Shown here piece by piece: positions 30,772 to 38,263 of a stretch of DNA of 38,263 nt (its first letter is position 1; the number at the start of each line of letters is the position of its first letter). The DNA is taken from NCBI GenBank assembly GCA_964472445.1, contig CAYYMU010000002.1:1-38263 (forward strand). The letters run 5' to 3'. The DNA comes from an uncultured Desulfobacteraceae bacterium. GTDB taxonomy: Bacteria > Desulfobacterota > Desulfobacteria > Desulfobacterales > ETH-SRB1. The notes beneath the pieces are model-generated. The model did no database searches. It saw only the letters and a list, made by a program, of their open reading frames with translations, and was not told the origin of the DNA. The position numbers and the translations under genes were made by a program.

Positions 30772-30800
30772 TCGAGACTCATTTGAAAGATGAGTCTCGA
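30772..30800 (+). other. Perfect 11-bp-stem hairpin in the yidD-yidC spacer
   Basis: TCGAGACTCAT, loop TTGAAAG, then ATGAGTCTCGA. No following T-run. Confidence 0.8.
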
Positions 30801-30933
30801 TGATTGTGCAAGGTTGTTGTATCCCCTGTTTGATAGCCCCTTACAGATTCTGCCAATGCAACCATAAAAACGTCAGATAGTTCTGATGCATTTTAGTCAT
30901 TAAATATTAGGGAATAAAATTTAGGAGTACATT

Positions 30934-32616
30934 ATGGATTTTGGTCGGTTAGCTATAGCTATAACTCTTTGTTTACTTGTTTTTGTTTTATGGGAAATAT
31001 TTTTTATAGACAAAAAAGATGTTCAGCCCCTCATTGAAAACCAGCATGCTGAACAAACGCTAAAAAGTGAGTCGGTTAATAAAAACCTCGACGAAAAAAT
31101 GGTTGATAAAAAAATCACATCGGATCTGCTGTCTGAACAAAAAGAATTAGCTGAACCGGCAACAGCAGGTAGAGAAATTAGAACAGTTACTATTGATACA
31201 CCCTTATATTCAGCTAAAATTTCGGAAAAAGGGGCTGCATTTAATAGCGTTGTTCTGAAAAAATACAAGGAAACCAATGACGATGATTCACCCTTATATG
31301 AAATGATATCTCCAAAAATACATGATCGGGGAACAGTGCTGATAGGACTTGCCGGCAATAGTATTCCAGGATTGCGTAATGCGTTGTTTACCTTAAACAC
31401 CACTGCGGACTCTGTGAGAATCAATGACAATCCAAAAAAGATAGTCTTTTCATGGGTATCTGATAGCGGTGTGGTTGTAGAAAAAAAGTTTATATTTTTT
31501 CCTGAAACATACTTGATTGGATTGAATGTAACAATCAAAAACGCGTCTCATTATGCAATACAGGACAATTTGATGTTGTCGTTACTAAAAGCCCGTCCTG
31601 AAAAAACATCAAGGTATGGTTTTGAAGGGCCGAGCGCTCTTATTAATGGGTCGCTTGAGCAGATTAAAGCAAAAAAAATTAAAAAGCAAAACACATACAC
31701 AGGAAATCTTCAATGGGTATCGGTTCAGAATCGTTACTTTATGTCCAGCATTATTCCTGCTAAACCTGTAGAAGCAAGTATGCGTCTTTTTCTGCCTCAA
31801 GAGAATGTTTTGGAGGCACAGTATGTACAGCCGGAAACCATAATAAAGCCAGGAACGCAGCAGACTTATGGCTACAAGCTCTTTTTTGGACCCAAGAGCA
31901 CGAATATTCTTAAAAAAACTGATTATAATCTTGCCAAGGCGATTAATTTTGGAATGTTTGATATTATTGCCAAACCCTGTCTCTGGTTTATGAATTTTCT
32001 ATATGGCCTTATCCCTAACTATGGCATTGCTATTATTATTTTAACCATAGCAACAAAGATAATTCTCTGGCCTCTTGGAACAAAGAGCTATCGTTCAATG
32101 GCTGAAATGAAAAAGATTCAGCCGTTGATGGCGGATCTAAAGAAAAAATATAAAAATGATAAAAAGAAGATGAATGAAGAAACCATGGCGTTATATAAAA
32201 CCTATAAAATAAATCCAATGGGCGGATGCCTTCCAATGCTTGTGCAGATACCTGTTTTTTTTGCTCTTTATCGTATGCTGTATGAGGCCATAGAACTCAG
32301 ACATGCTCCTTTTATGGGCTGGATTACAGACCTGTCTGCTCCAGATCGTCTTTTTCATTTTAATTTTGCTATTCCATTGATGGAGCCCCCTTACGGCATT
32401 CCTGTTTTAACCATTGTTATGGGGGCCACCATGTTTCTGCAGCAACAAATGACACCGGCCATGGGAACAGATCCAACTCAGGCCAAAATGATGAAGTTTA
32501 TGCCCATTATTTTTACAGTAATATTTATAAATTTTTCTTCAGGTCTTGTTTTGTACTGGCTGATAAATAATATTTTATCCATTTCACAGCAGCATTATAT
32601 AATAAAACAAGGTTAA
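30934..32616 (+). CDS. yidC: Membrane protein insertase YidC
   Basis: 560 aa. N-terminal TM, large periplasmic domain, and a conserved C-terminal 60-kDa insertase core (GCLPMLVQIPVFFALY, SGLVLYW). Confidence 0.95.
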   Translation: MDFGRLAIAITLCLLVFVLWEIFFIDKKDVQPLIENQHAEQTLKSESVNKNLDEKMVDKKITSDLLSEQKELAEPATAGREIRTVTIDTPLYSAKISEKGAAFNSVVLKKYKETNDDDSPLYEMISPKIHDRGTVLIGLAGNSIPGLRNALFTLNTTADSVRINDNPKKIVFSWVSDSGVVVEKKFIFFPETYLIGLNVTIKNASHYAIQDNLMLSLLKARPEKTSRYGFEGPSALINGSLEQIKAKKIKKQNTYTGNLQWVSVQNRYFMSSIIPAKPVEASMRLFLPQENVLEAQYVQPETIIKPGTQQTYGYKLFFGPKSTNILKKTDYNLAKAINFGMFDIIAKPCLWFMNFLYGLIPNYGIAIIILTIATKIILWPLGTKSYRSMAEMKKIQPLMADLKKKYKNDKKKMNEETMALYKTYKINPMGGCLPMLVQIPVFFALYRMLYEAIELRHAPFMGWITDLSAPDRLFHFNFAIPLMEPPYGIPVLTIVMGATMFLQQQMTPAMGTDPTQAKMMKFMPIIFTVIFINFSSGLVLYWLINNILSISQQHYIIKQG

Positions 32617-32631
32617 TAGTGGAGGTTGTCT

Positions 32632-33486
32632 ATGTCGTCCTCTTTGGAATTTGAAGGTAAAGATGTTGAGCAGGCAATACAGAATGCCTGTGGTGAACTT
32701 AATATACCCAAGGAGAAGCTTAAGCATGATGTTGTTTCTTATGGATCTACCGGTATTTTTGGCCTTGTAGGTGCTAAGAAAGCTAAGATAAGGGTTAAAG
32801 CCGCCGCCAGGCCTTTACAACAGAAGGCCATCCAGGAGCCTGTCAGCGAAAAACCGTTGTTGAGAAACAGCGATAAGAATGAATCGTTAAAAGAAATACC
32901 CGCACAGACGACAAAAAAGTCGGATGATTTAAAGTCGGATGATTTAAAAAAAGATGATTTAAAAAAAGATACGTTTTCTGAAAATCCTGTTGATCTTGGC
33001 AAGGATGTTTTGCGTCATATAATTGATTGTATTACTGTTGATGCAACAATATCTATGGAACAGGATGACGAGAAAATATTGTTCAGAATAGAAGGAGGTG
33101 CTCCAGCTCTTCTAATTGGCAAACACGGGCAGACGCTCGAGGCCATACAGTATCTTGTTGAAAAAACAGTTAACAAGCACAGCGAAAAAAGAATACGGAT
33201 ACAGGTAGATGTGGGGGGGTATCTCAACGACAGACAGGCAAGCCTTCAGAAGCTCGTTGAACGACTATCAAAAAAGGCAAAGCAAACAGGGAAACCCGTA
33301 ACAATAGGTCAGATGAATGCTTATGACAGAAGAATTGTGCACCTGACCTTAAAAGAAGATGATCAGGTTAGGACCAAGAGCATAGGTAATGGTTATATTA
33401 AAAAGTTGATGATATTCCCCAGGAAGAATTCCAACAAAAAGGAAAAGATCTCTGAGCCTTGCGCCACAACTCTTGATCAGGAATAA
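32632..33486 (+). CDS. jag: Jag/KhpB-like RNA-binding protein (Jag-N, KH and R3H domains)
   Basis: ATG 32632 lies 6 nt after GGAGG. KH-like GKHGQTLEAIQYL and R3H RRIVHLTL. Canonical position between yidC and mnmE. Contains an acidic/basic pentapeptide repeat linker. Confidence 0.88.
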   Translation: MSSSLEFEGKDVEQAIQNACGELNIPKEKLKHDVVSYGSTGIFGLVGAKKAKIRVKAAARPLQQKAIQEPVSEKPLLRNSDKNESLKEIPAQTTKKSDDLKSDDLKKDDLKKDTFSENPVDLGKDVLRHIIDCITVDATISMEQDDEKILFRIEGGAPALLIGKHGQTLEAIQYLVEKTVNKHSEKRIRIQVDVGGYLNDRQASLQKLVERLSKKAKQTGKPVTIGQMNAYDRRIVHLTLKEDDQVRTKSIGNGYIKKLMIFPRKNSNKKEKISEPCATTLDQE

Positions 33487-34928
33487 TGAAACAAGGAGGT
33501 TTTGCCCATAAGATGGACAAATCCACTATTGCCGCTATTGCTACGCCGATAGGCAGAGGTGGTATCGGTATTATCAGAATCTCCGGTAAAAAGGCTTTAA
33601 TTATAGCTGCTGATATTTTTAGAAGTTCGCGTTTTGTCTCAGATAATGCTGCTTCCAGCCGTGATGTTTTTTTTTCAGGCCTGAAATCACACTACCTATA
33701 TCATGGACATGTTGTTGATCCTGCTACGGACATGATTATCGATGAAGCTCTTCTGGTCTTCATGAAATCGCCCCGCTCATATACAAAAGAAGATGTTGTA
33801 GAGATACAGGCGCATTCAGGGCCTGTTGTATTAAGCTCTATACTGGATCTCGTATTAAAACAAGGCGCCAGGCTTGCCGAACCCGGCGAATTTACGAAGA
33901 GAGCATATCTTAGTGGTCGTATTGACCTTACGCGGGCAGAGGCGGTTATTGATGTGATCAATGCCAAGACAGACAAGTCTCTCGAGATTGCTGCAATGTT
34001 GCTAAAAGGAGACATGCAGGCAGAGGTTGAGCAAATAAGAGGTTTGCTGTTAGATATTTTTGCTGAAATAAATGCAGCCATAGATTTTCCTGATGATGTC
34101 GCAGAAATTGTTGATGTTAATACTGTAATCAAGAAAATACAGAGCGGGATTATTGGAAAGCTGGAGGGGCTGATCAAACAATACAAGAATGCACATGTTT
34201 TAAGAGACGGCATAAAACTTGTCATTGTTGGTCGTCCCAATGTAGGAAAATCGAGCCTCATGAACCGGCTTATACAAAAAGACAGAGCTATTGTAACTTC
34301 AGTGCCCGGTACTACAAGGGATTTAATAGAAGAGTCTTTGAGTATTAAGGGTATTCCAGTCGTTATAACTGACACCGCTGGTCTGCATGAAACAGAGGAT
34401 ATTGTCGAAGTTATAGGTATAAAAAAGACTTATGAATATGCGGATTTATCCGATCTGGTTTTGTTTATGATTGATGCAAGCCGCAGAACAACAAAGGAAG
34501 ACAACAAGATATATGAAAGGGTCAGCGAAAAGAAACTGATAATTGTTATAAACAAGTCAGATTTAGTTGCCGGTGAATATATGCCCGATATACCGGATTC
34601 CTGGATAAATATTCCGCGAGTTAAAATATCGGCTCTTTATAATCAGGGAATTGAAGAGCTTAAAGGTTTAATAGCAAAAACATCTCTTGGCGAAGAGGCT
34701 TTTGATGCAGAACATGCGGTTATTCCTAATTTAAGGCACAAGCTTATTCTCGATAAAAGCCTTGAGGCCGCATTGTCGGTTATTGAAGGAATGCGAAAGA
34801 AAATGCCTTTTGATCTGGTTGCTGTTGATGTTAAAGATGCAATTGATGCGCTGGGCGGTATCACAGGTATTAACGCAGACGAAGATATCGTTGACAGCAT
34901 TTTTAGCAAATTTTGTATTGGCAAATAG
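33486..34928 (+). CDS. mnmE: tRNA modification GTPase MnmE
   Basis: TIAAIATPIGRGGIGIIRISG N-domain, G-domain GRPNVGKSSL / DTAGL / NKSD, and a C-terminal FCIGK. The alternative start ATG 33513 matches the usual N-terminus better. Confidence 0.95.
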   Translation: MKQGGFAHKMDKSTIAAIATPIGRGGIGIIRISGKKALIIAADIFRSSRFVSDNAASSRDVFFSGLKSHYLYHGHVVDPATDMIIDEALLVFMKSPRSYTKEDVVEIQAHSGPVVLSSILDLVLKQGARLAEPGEFTKRAYLSGRIDLTRAEAVIDVINAKTDKSLEIAAMLLKGDMQAEVEQIRGLLLDIFAEINAAIDFPDDVAEIVDVNTVIKKIQSGIIGKLEGLIKQYKNAHVLRDGIKLVIVGRPNVGKSSLMNRLIQKDRAIVTSVPGTTRDLIEESLSIKGIPVVITDTAGLHETEDIVEVIGIKKTYEYADLSDLVLFMIDASRRTTKEDNKIYERVSEKKLIIVINKSDLVAGEYMPDIPDSWINIPRVKISALYNQGIEELKGLIAKTSLGEEAFDAEHAVIPNLRHKLILDKSLEAALSVIEGMRKKMPFDLVAVDVKDAIDALGGITGINADEDIVDSIFSKFCIGK

Positions 34929-34929
34929 T

Positions 34930-34943
34930 GTTTCACGTGAAAC
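34930..34943. other. Perfect 14-bp palindrome immediately after the mnmE stop
   Basis: GTTTCACGTGAAAC, with no loop, 79 nt upstream of the YkgJ-like gene. Confidence 0.8.
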
Positions 34944-35021
34944 AATAGTAATGGTTTGAGAGATAATGACTAAAGCGCGGAGCAGGGGTTTTATAACTTT
35001 ATTAATTACAAGGGGAAAATT

Positions 35022-35708
35022 ATGGAAATAGACTTCACACCTTTTTTTAAGAAATACGAAGATTTGGTCGTAGCTACAGGCGCTGTTTTTGAAAAAGTAA
35101 AAAAAGAATTTCCTGAATGTGTAAAATGTAAAGTAGAATGCTCTGACTGTTGCCATGCATTGTTTGATCTCAGCCTTATCGAAGCCTTATATATTAACAA
35201 TCAGTTTAACCGACTTTTTAAAGATAAAAAAAAAGAGCAGCTTGTCGTTAAGGCAAACAGAGCCGACAGGGCTGTGCACAAGGTCAAGAAAAAGGCCTAT
35301 AACGATTTGCAAGCCGGTAAAAAAGAGGATGATATAATGCAGGCCATGTCAAAGGAACGAGTGAGGTGCCCGTTGCTTAACGAGAAGGAGGTTTGTGATA
35401 TGTATGAATATCGGCCTATAACCTGCAGGCTTTATGGGATACCAACGGCCATAGGGGGTTTTGCCCACACCTGTGGCAAGTCCGGATTTGTTAGTGGAAA
35501 AGAATATTCCACAGTTAATCTGGACATAATTCATAACAGGCTTTACGAAATATCGGTTGAACTGATAAAAGCCGTAAACTCCAAGCATTTACAGATGGCA
35601 GATTTGTTTGTGCCTTTATCAATGGCTCTTTTAACAGATTATGATGAAGCGTATTTAGGAATTAGGACAGGAAAAAAATCCGATACGGCAGATAAAGACA
35701 AGGATTAG
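35022..35708 (+). CDS. YkgJ-family cysteine-cluster protein (CxxCxxCC, putative Fe-S/Zn)
   Basis: 228 aa. Contains CVKCKVECSDCCH plus a downstream RCPLL....C..Y..RP..CR.YG pattern. Confidence 0.7.
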   Translation: MEIDFTPFFKKYEDLVVATGAVFEKVKKEFPECVKCKVECSDCCHALFDLSLIEALYINNQFNRLFKDKKKEQLVVKANRADRAVHKVKKKAYNDLQAGKKEDDIMQAMSKERVRCPLLNEKEVCDMYEYRPITCRLYGIPTAIGGFAHTCGKSGFVSGKEYSTVNLDIIHNRLYEISVELIKAVNSKHLQMADLFVPLSMALLTDYDEAYLGIRTGKKSDTADKDKD

Positions 35709-35749
35709 CAAAGCGTAAACACATCATCAAAAAAGCAAAGGACAGTGCT

Positions 35750-36112
35750 ATGACAGAACTTTTCCCAGAAATTTCCAAAGAAGAAGAAGAATTAAGAAAA
35801 AAGTATATTTTTGATAGCATGGCCCCGCGTCGCCAAAAGCATATTCTGAAAAAAGGTTATGAAGAGTGGGATCCTTTTATAAAGCCAAAAGACCCTATAG
35901 ATCTCAGGATGGATGCCACAAAGCGAACAACACAAAAACTTGTCAGTGAATTTTTATGTGAACAAAGCGAAGAAAAATATAGCAATGACTATGGCAGAGG
36001 AGCTTTTGAGTTTTGTGTTGGAATGATTAATAAAGATGAAAAATACAGAGGAATGTTTGATTTTGCATGCTGGTATGCAGATTTGTTGAAACGGGAAGGG
36101 CACATTAAGTGA
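35750..36112 (+). CDS. Hypothetical protein
   Basis: 120-aa ORF with a GGA-rich RBS region. Sits between the YkgJ-like gene and a strong bidirectional terminator. No motif recognised. Confidence 0.55.
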   Translation: MTELFPEISKEEEELRKKYIFDSMAPRRQKHILKKGYEEWDPFIKPKDPIDLRMDATKRTTQKLVSEFLCEQSEEKYSNDYGRGAFEFCVGMINKDEKYRGMFDFACWYADLLKREGHIK

Positions 36113-36240
36113 TTTGAGACTGACACCGAAATAGCGCAAAAAGTGCTGTTTTGTAAGGGTTTCAAATTAAAGTCTTTGCGATAAAGAATGTTCGCAAAGA
36201 CTTTAATTTTTTTAACAGTTGTTGTTTTGCAAAGGTCTTT
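36111..36240 (+). repeat. Degenerate family-A-like element enclosing the bidirectional terminator
   Basis: GATTTGAGACTGACACCGAAATAGCGC resembles the A core (AATCTGAGACTGACGCAGAGATTGCGG). The 3' end GTTGTTTTGCAAAGGTCTTTC resembles the A terminus. Confidence 0.5.
36164..36214. terminator. Bidirectional intrinsic terminator between convergent genes
   Basis: Perfect 18-bp stem AAATTAAAGTCTTTGCGA / TCGCAAAGACTTTAATTT with a 10-nt loop. Flanked by an A-run on one side and a T-run on the other. Confidence 0.8.
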
Positions 36241-36258
36241 CAATGTTGCCATGCAAGA

Positions 36259-36765
36259 TCAGACGGCAGGAAGAGTAAAAACCTTGCCACACACCTTCCA
36301 CGTGTCGTCTTCTTTAATAACTTTAATTGTTTCAGTAATATGATAGGTTTTGCTTAAGCGAAAGATTCTAGCCACGGTTGCATACAGAGGATTTATGCCA
36401 TTTCTCTTTGCACAGGTTAACACAACTTCGGCCATCCCTTTCCCCAGAGGTGTTGTATGGGTTTTAATATGATAAATGGAGCTTTTCATATATTTTAGAT
36501 CAAAACCCCTTTGCTCAGCCCCATTGGCCGTTTGCAGAACATATTCATCTACAATATTAACATCATCAATTGTTTTTTGTGCGTTGCAGAGGCGTTCGTT
36601 CATAGTTGCCTTGTCAAACAGAAAATATGCCTTGGAAAACTCAACAGCAGCCTTGTGCGGTGAATCTATTCTGTCGGCATAAACAAAAACAACCTGCAAT
36701 ATAAACCCTATTATTACGATCGTTACCACCGCGGATATTATTGAACCTTTATTCTCTTGCGCCAT
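36259..36765 (-). CDS. Hypothetical membrane-anchored protein
   Basis: 168-aa ORF. One N-terminal TM helix (IISAVVTIVIIGFILQVVFVY), GGGGAAG-type RBS, convergent with the previous gene. No motif recognised. Confidence 0.55.
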   Translation of the reverse strand: MAQENKGSIISAVVTIVIIGFILQVVFVYADRIDSPHKAAVEFSKAYFLFDKATMNERLCNAQKTIDDVNIVDEYVLQTANGAEQRGFDLKYMKSSIYHIKTHTTPLGKGMAEVVLTCAKRNGINPLYATVARIFRLSKTYHITETIKVIKEDDTWKVCGKVFTLPAV

Positions 36766-37187
36766 TTGTTCTTCCCCCTTTTAGAAAATAGACAACCCAA
36801 ACAATCAGCTTGTTTTTATATTTTTAAAGCGCCTTTATAGCATAATTCATATTTTAACACAAGATATTTTCTAGCCCAAAATCCACCACCTAAAAAACCA
36901 TATGGATATTTTTATCGTTGGAATTGACGTTTTTTCAACAATTTCAGAAAAAGATATTATTGTCGTTTTATAAAAACACTACTGAGTTGTGTTTTTTTCA
37001 GCTTCATGCTTGAAAGGAAGAATGCCTTGTGCCATAACACTTACAACTTGTTGATGATAGTTTTTGTTATCTGTAATTAATCTATCACCCTGATTTCTCA
37101 GGATCAATGAGGTTTTTTACTTTTTTTGATGGTGAATCAAGGGTTGTGTAAAGGTCTCAAAAGTCTTCTTATGCTTGGAGTATTGTA

Positions 37188-37742
37188 TTGAGAATAATAG
37201 CGGGTAATTTAAAAGCAAAAAAACTGCATTCAGATAAAGGAATGGTTACAAGGCCGACTTCAGACCGATTGCGTGAATCGATTTTTGACATTTTAGCTTT
37301 TAATGTCAAAAACGCGGTTGTTCTGGATATGTTTGCAGGCACCGGGGCCATGGGTATCGAAGCACTGAGTCGCGGAGCCGAATCCGCTCTGTTTATGGAT
37401 ATTAATAACAATGCCTTGTCTGTTATAGAACGCAATATAAAAGCATGTGGGCTTGAGAACAAATCTAAAATTATAAAATGGAATATAATAAAAAATTTAA
37501 ACTGCATCAAATCTGACAAAGCCGCCTTTAATCTTATTTTTATTGATCCGCCTTATAACAAGAGCTTTCTCCAGCCTGCCCTGCAAAACTTAATAAAAGC
37601 GGGATCTGTAAAAAAAAAAGCACATCTTGTTGTTGAGCACAGCCTTTTAGAGCCATTGCCGTCAGATTTTCCTGAGTATGAACTGCAGGACCAACGAAAA
37701 TATGGAAAAACCCTTGTTTCATTTTTGAAATATATTGTATGA
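37188..37742 (+). CDS. rsmD: 16S rRNA (guanine966-N2)-methyltransferase RsmD
   Basis: 184 aa with TTG start. Motifs: RIIAG, RPTSDRLRESIF, LDMFAGTGAMGIEALSRGA, FIDPPY. Confidence 0.9.
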   Translation: MRIIAGNLKAKKLHSDKGMVTRPTSDRLRESIFDILAFNVKNAVVLDMFAGTGAMGIEALSRGAESALFMDINNNALSVIERNIKACGLENKSKIIKWNIIKNLNCIKSDKAAFNLIFIDPPYNKSFLQPALQNLIKAGSVKKKAHLVVEHSLLEPLPSDFPEYELQDQRKYGKTLVSFLKYIV

Positions 37743-37794
37743 ATAATTATTCAGACACAGACTTGTCCGCCTTTGGAGGATGAACGCAGACAGG
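37742..37794 (+). repeat. Module F copy after rsmD
   Basis: AATAATTATTCAGACACAGACTTGTCCGCCTTTGGAGGATGAACGCAGACAGG. It begins with the perfect palindrome TGAATAATTATTCA, which overlaps the rsmD stop. Confidence 0.7.
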
Positions 37795-37813
37795 TTTAAA
37801 TACAGTAACTACT

Positions 37814-37848
37814 AAGGCACAGAGGGGCAAAGGCACAGAGGGGCAAAG
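37814..37848. repeat. 16-nt tandem repeat, 2.2 units
   Basis: AAGGCACAGAGGGGCA occurs twice, followed by AAG. Confidence 0.9.
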
Positions 37849-37884
37849 ATTTTTGCCAGACCTGCAAATCTCTATATGTTTTTA

Positions 37885-38256
37885 TTGTGTCCTGAAAAAC
37901 CTGGTCCTTTGGGCCATGTCAGAGATAGATGGCTTTGCCTTGGAGTTTTGTGTTTAAAAAAGGAACGTCGAACATCGAACGTCGAATTAAGGTACGCCTT
38001 CGGCGTTTCAATTTTATTAAAAAAATGAGCGACCCGCCCGCCTCGCCTGAGCGAGATAACAAAAGAACGAAGAGCATTGAGTATGTCTCGCGATGGCGGG
38101 CAGGAGCGATATCCACATTCAATGTTCTATGTTGAGCGTTCGATGTTCGATGTTTACCCGCCTTCGGCGGCGCCAGAGGCGACCAGGGTTCATCTTTTTC
38201 ATGCAAAGCAAATCCCCTCTGGGGATAGCCAAAGCCTGGTCCTCTGGGCCAGGATT
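37885..38256 (-). repeat. Composite element D, copy D2 (core 38027-38109)
   Basis: Same core and same outer flanks (CCTGAAAAACCTGGTCCTTTGGGCCA..GGCTTTGCCTTGGAG ; CCAAAGCCTGGTCCTCTGGGCCAGG). The arms are built from unrelated heptamer repeats GAACGTC/GAACATC (37964-37987) and their complement (38137-38154). An E module is inserted at 38152-38193. Confidence 0.85.
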
Positions 38257-38263
38257 CTTTACT

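Noticed and set aside
31023-31538. 171-aa ORF on the minus strand
   Set aside because: It is antisense to yidC and is a shadow ORF. The same reasoning applies to 12594-12965 (antisense to hom), 15455-15835 (antisense to hldE) and 11317-11676 (antisense to alaC).
33701-34375. 224-aa ORF on the minus strand
   Set aside because: It is antisense to the well-supported mnmE gene. The Ser/Thr/Ile-rich shadow-frame composition points the same way.
38040-38075. CUGA...GAAAC-like strings in the D core, considered as a hammerhead ribozyme
   Set aside because: The sequence is CUGAGCGA, not CUGANGA. No properly placed GAAA / stem III / cleavage-site triplet can be drawn.
37919-38206. 95-aa (minus) and 68-aa (plus, 37929-38135) ORFs across element D2
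   Set aside because: The homologous core at 22577-22659 is read in a different frame, and its only ATG gives a 33-aa product. Substitutions between copies show no codon pattern, so the element is non-coding.

Overview
38.3-kb chromosomal window from an AT-rich Gram-negative bacterium (LptD, HldE and Kdo-type genes present). The protein style suggests a Desulfobacterota-like lineage, but that is a low-confidence inference. I call 33 protein genes and one tRNA, almost all housekeeping. On the minus strand: Fe-ADH/DegT pair, metG, PSP1, holB, IHF-like, NusG paralog, lptD, purM. On the plus strand: alaC-like, hom, thrH, thioesterase, hldE, yggU, initiator tRNA-Met, dnaN, gyrB, a divergent thyA-like gene. 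Then asnS and htrA on the minus strand, a four-helix-bundle (23S-IVS/Avd-like) gene, and a radical-SAM fusion protein. The window ends with rpmH-rnpA-yidD-yidC-jag-mnmE, a YkgJ-type Cys-cluster protein, two hypotheticals and rsmD. I see no transposase, integrase, CRISPR array, prophage or recognisable defence genes. The unusual part is the intergenic space. Roughly 3.5-4 kb (about 10 percent) consists of several interspersed, mosaic, hairpin-forming repeat families (A, B/BT, C, D, E/F below). Two families (A and D) keep a conserved core while the enclosing helices differ between copies yet stay self-complementary. That pattern fits a structured RNA or ssDNA element better than a classical MITE, and these are my best candidates for something undescribed. 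All protein calls rest on motifs recalled from memory and all repeat calls on manual alignment; no database search was possible.
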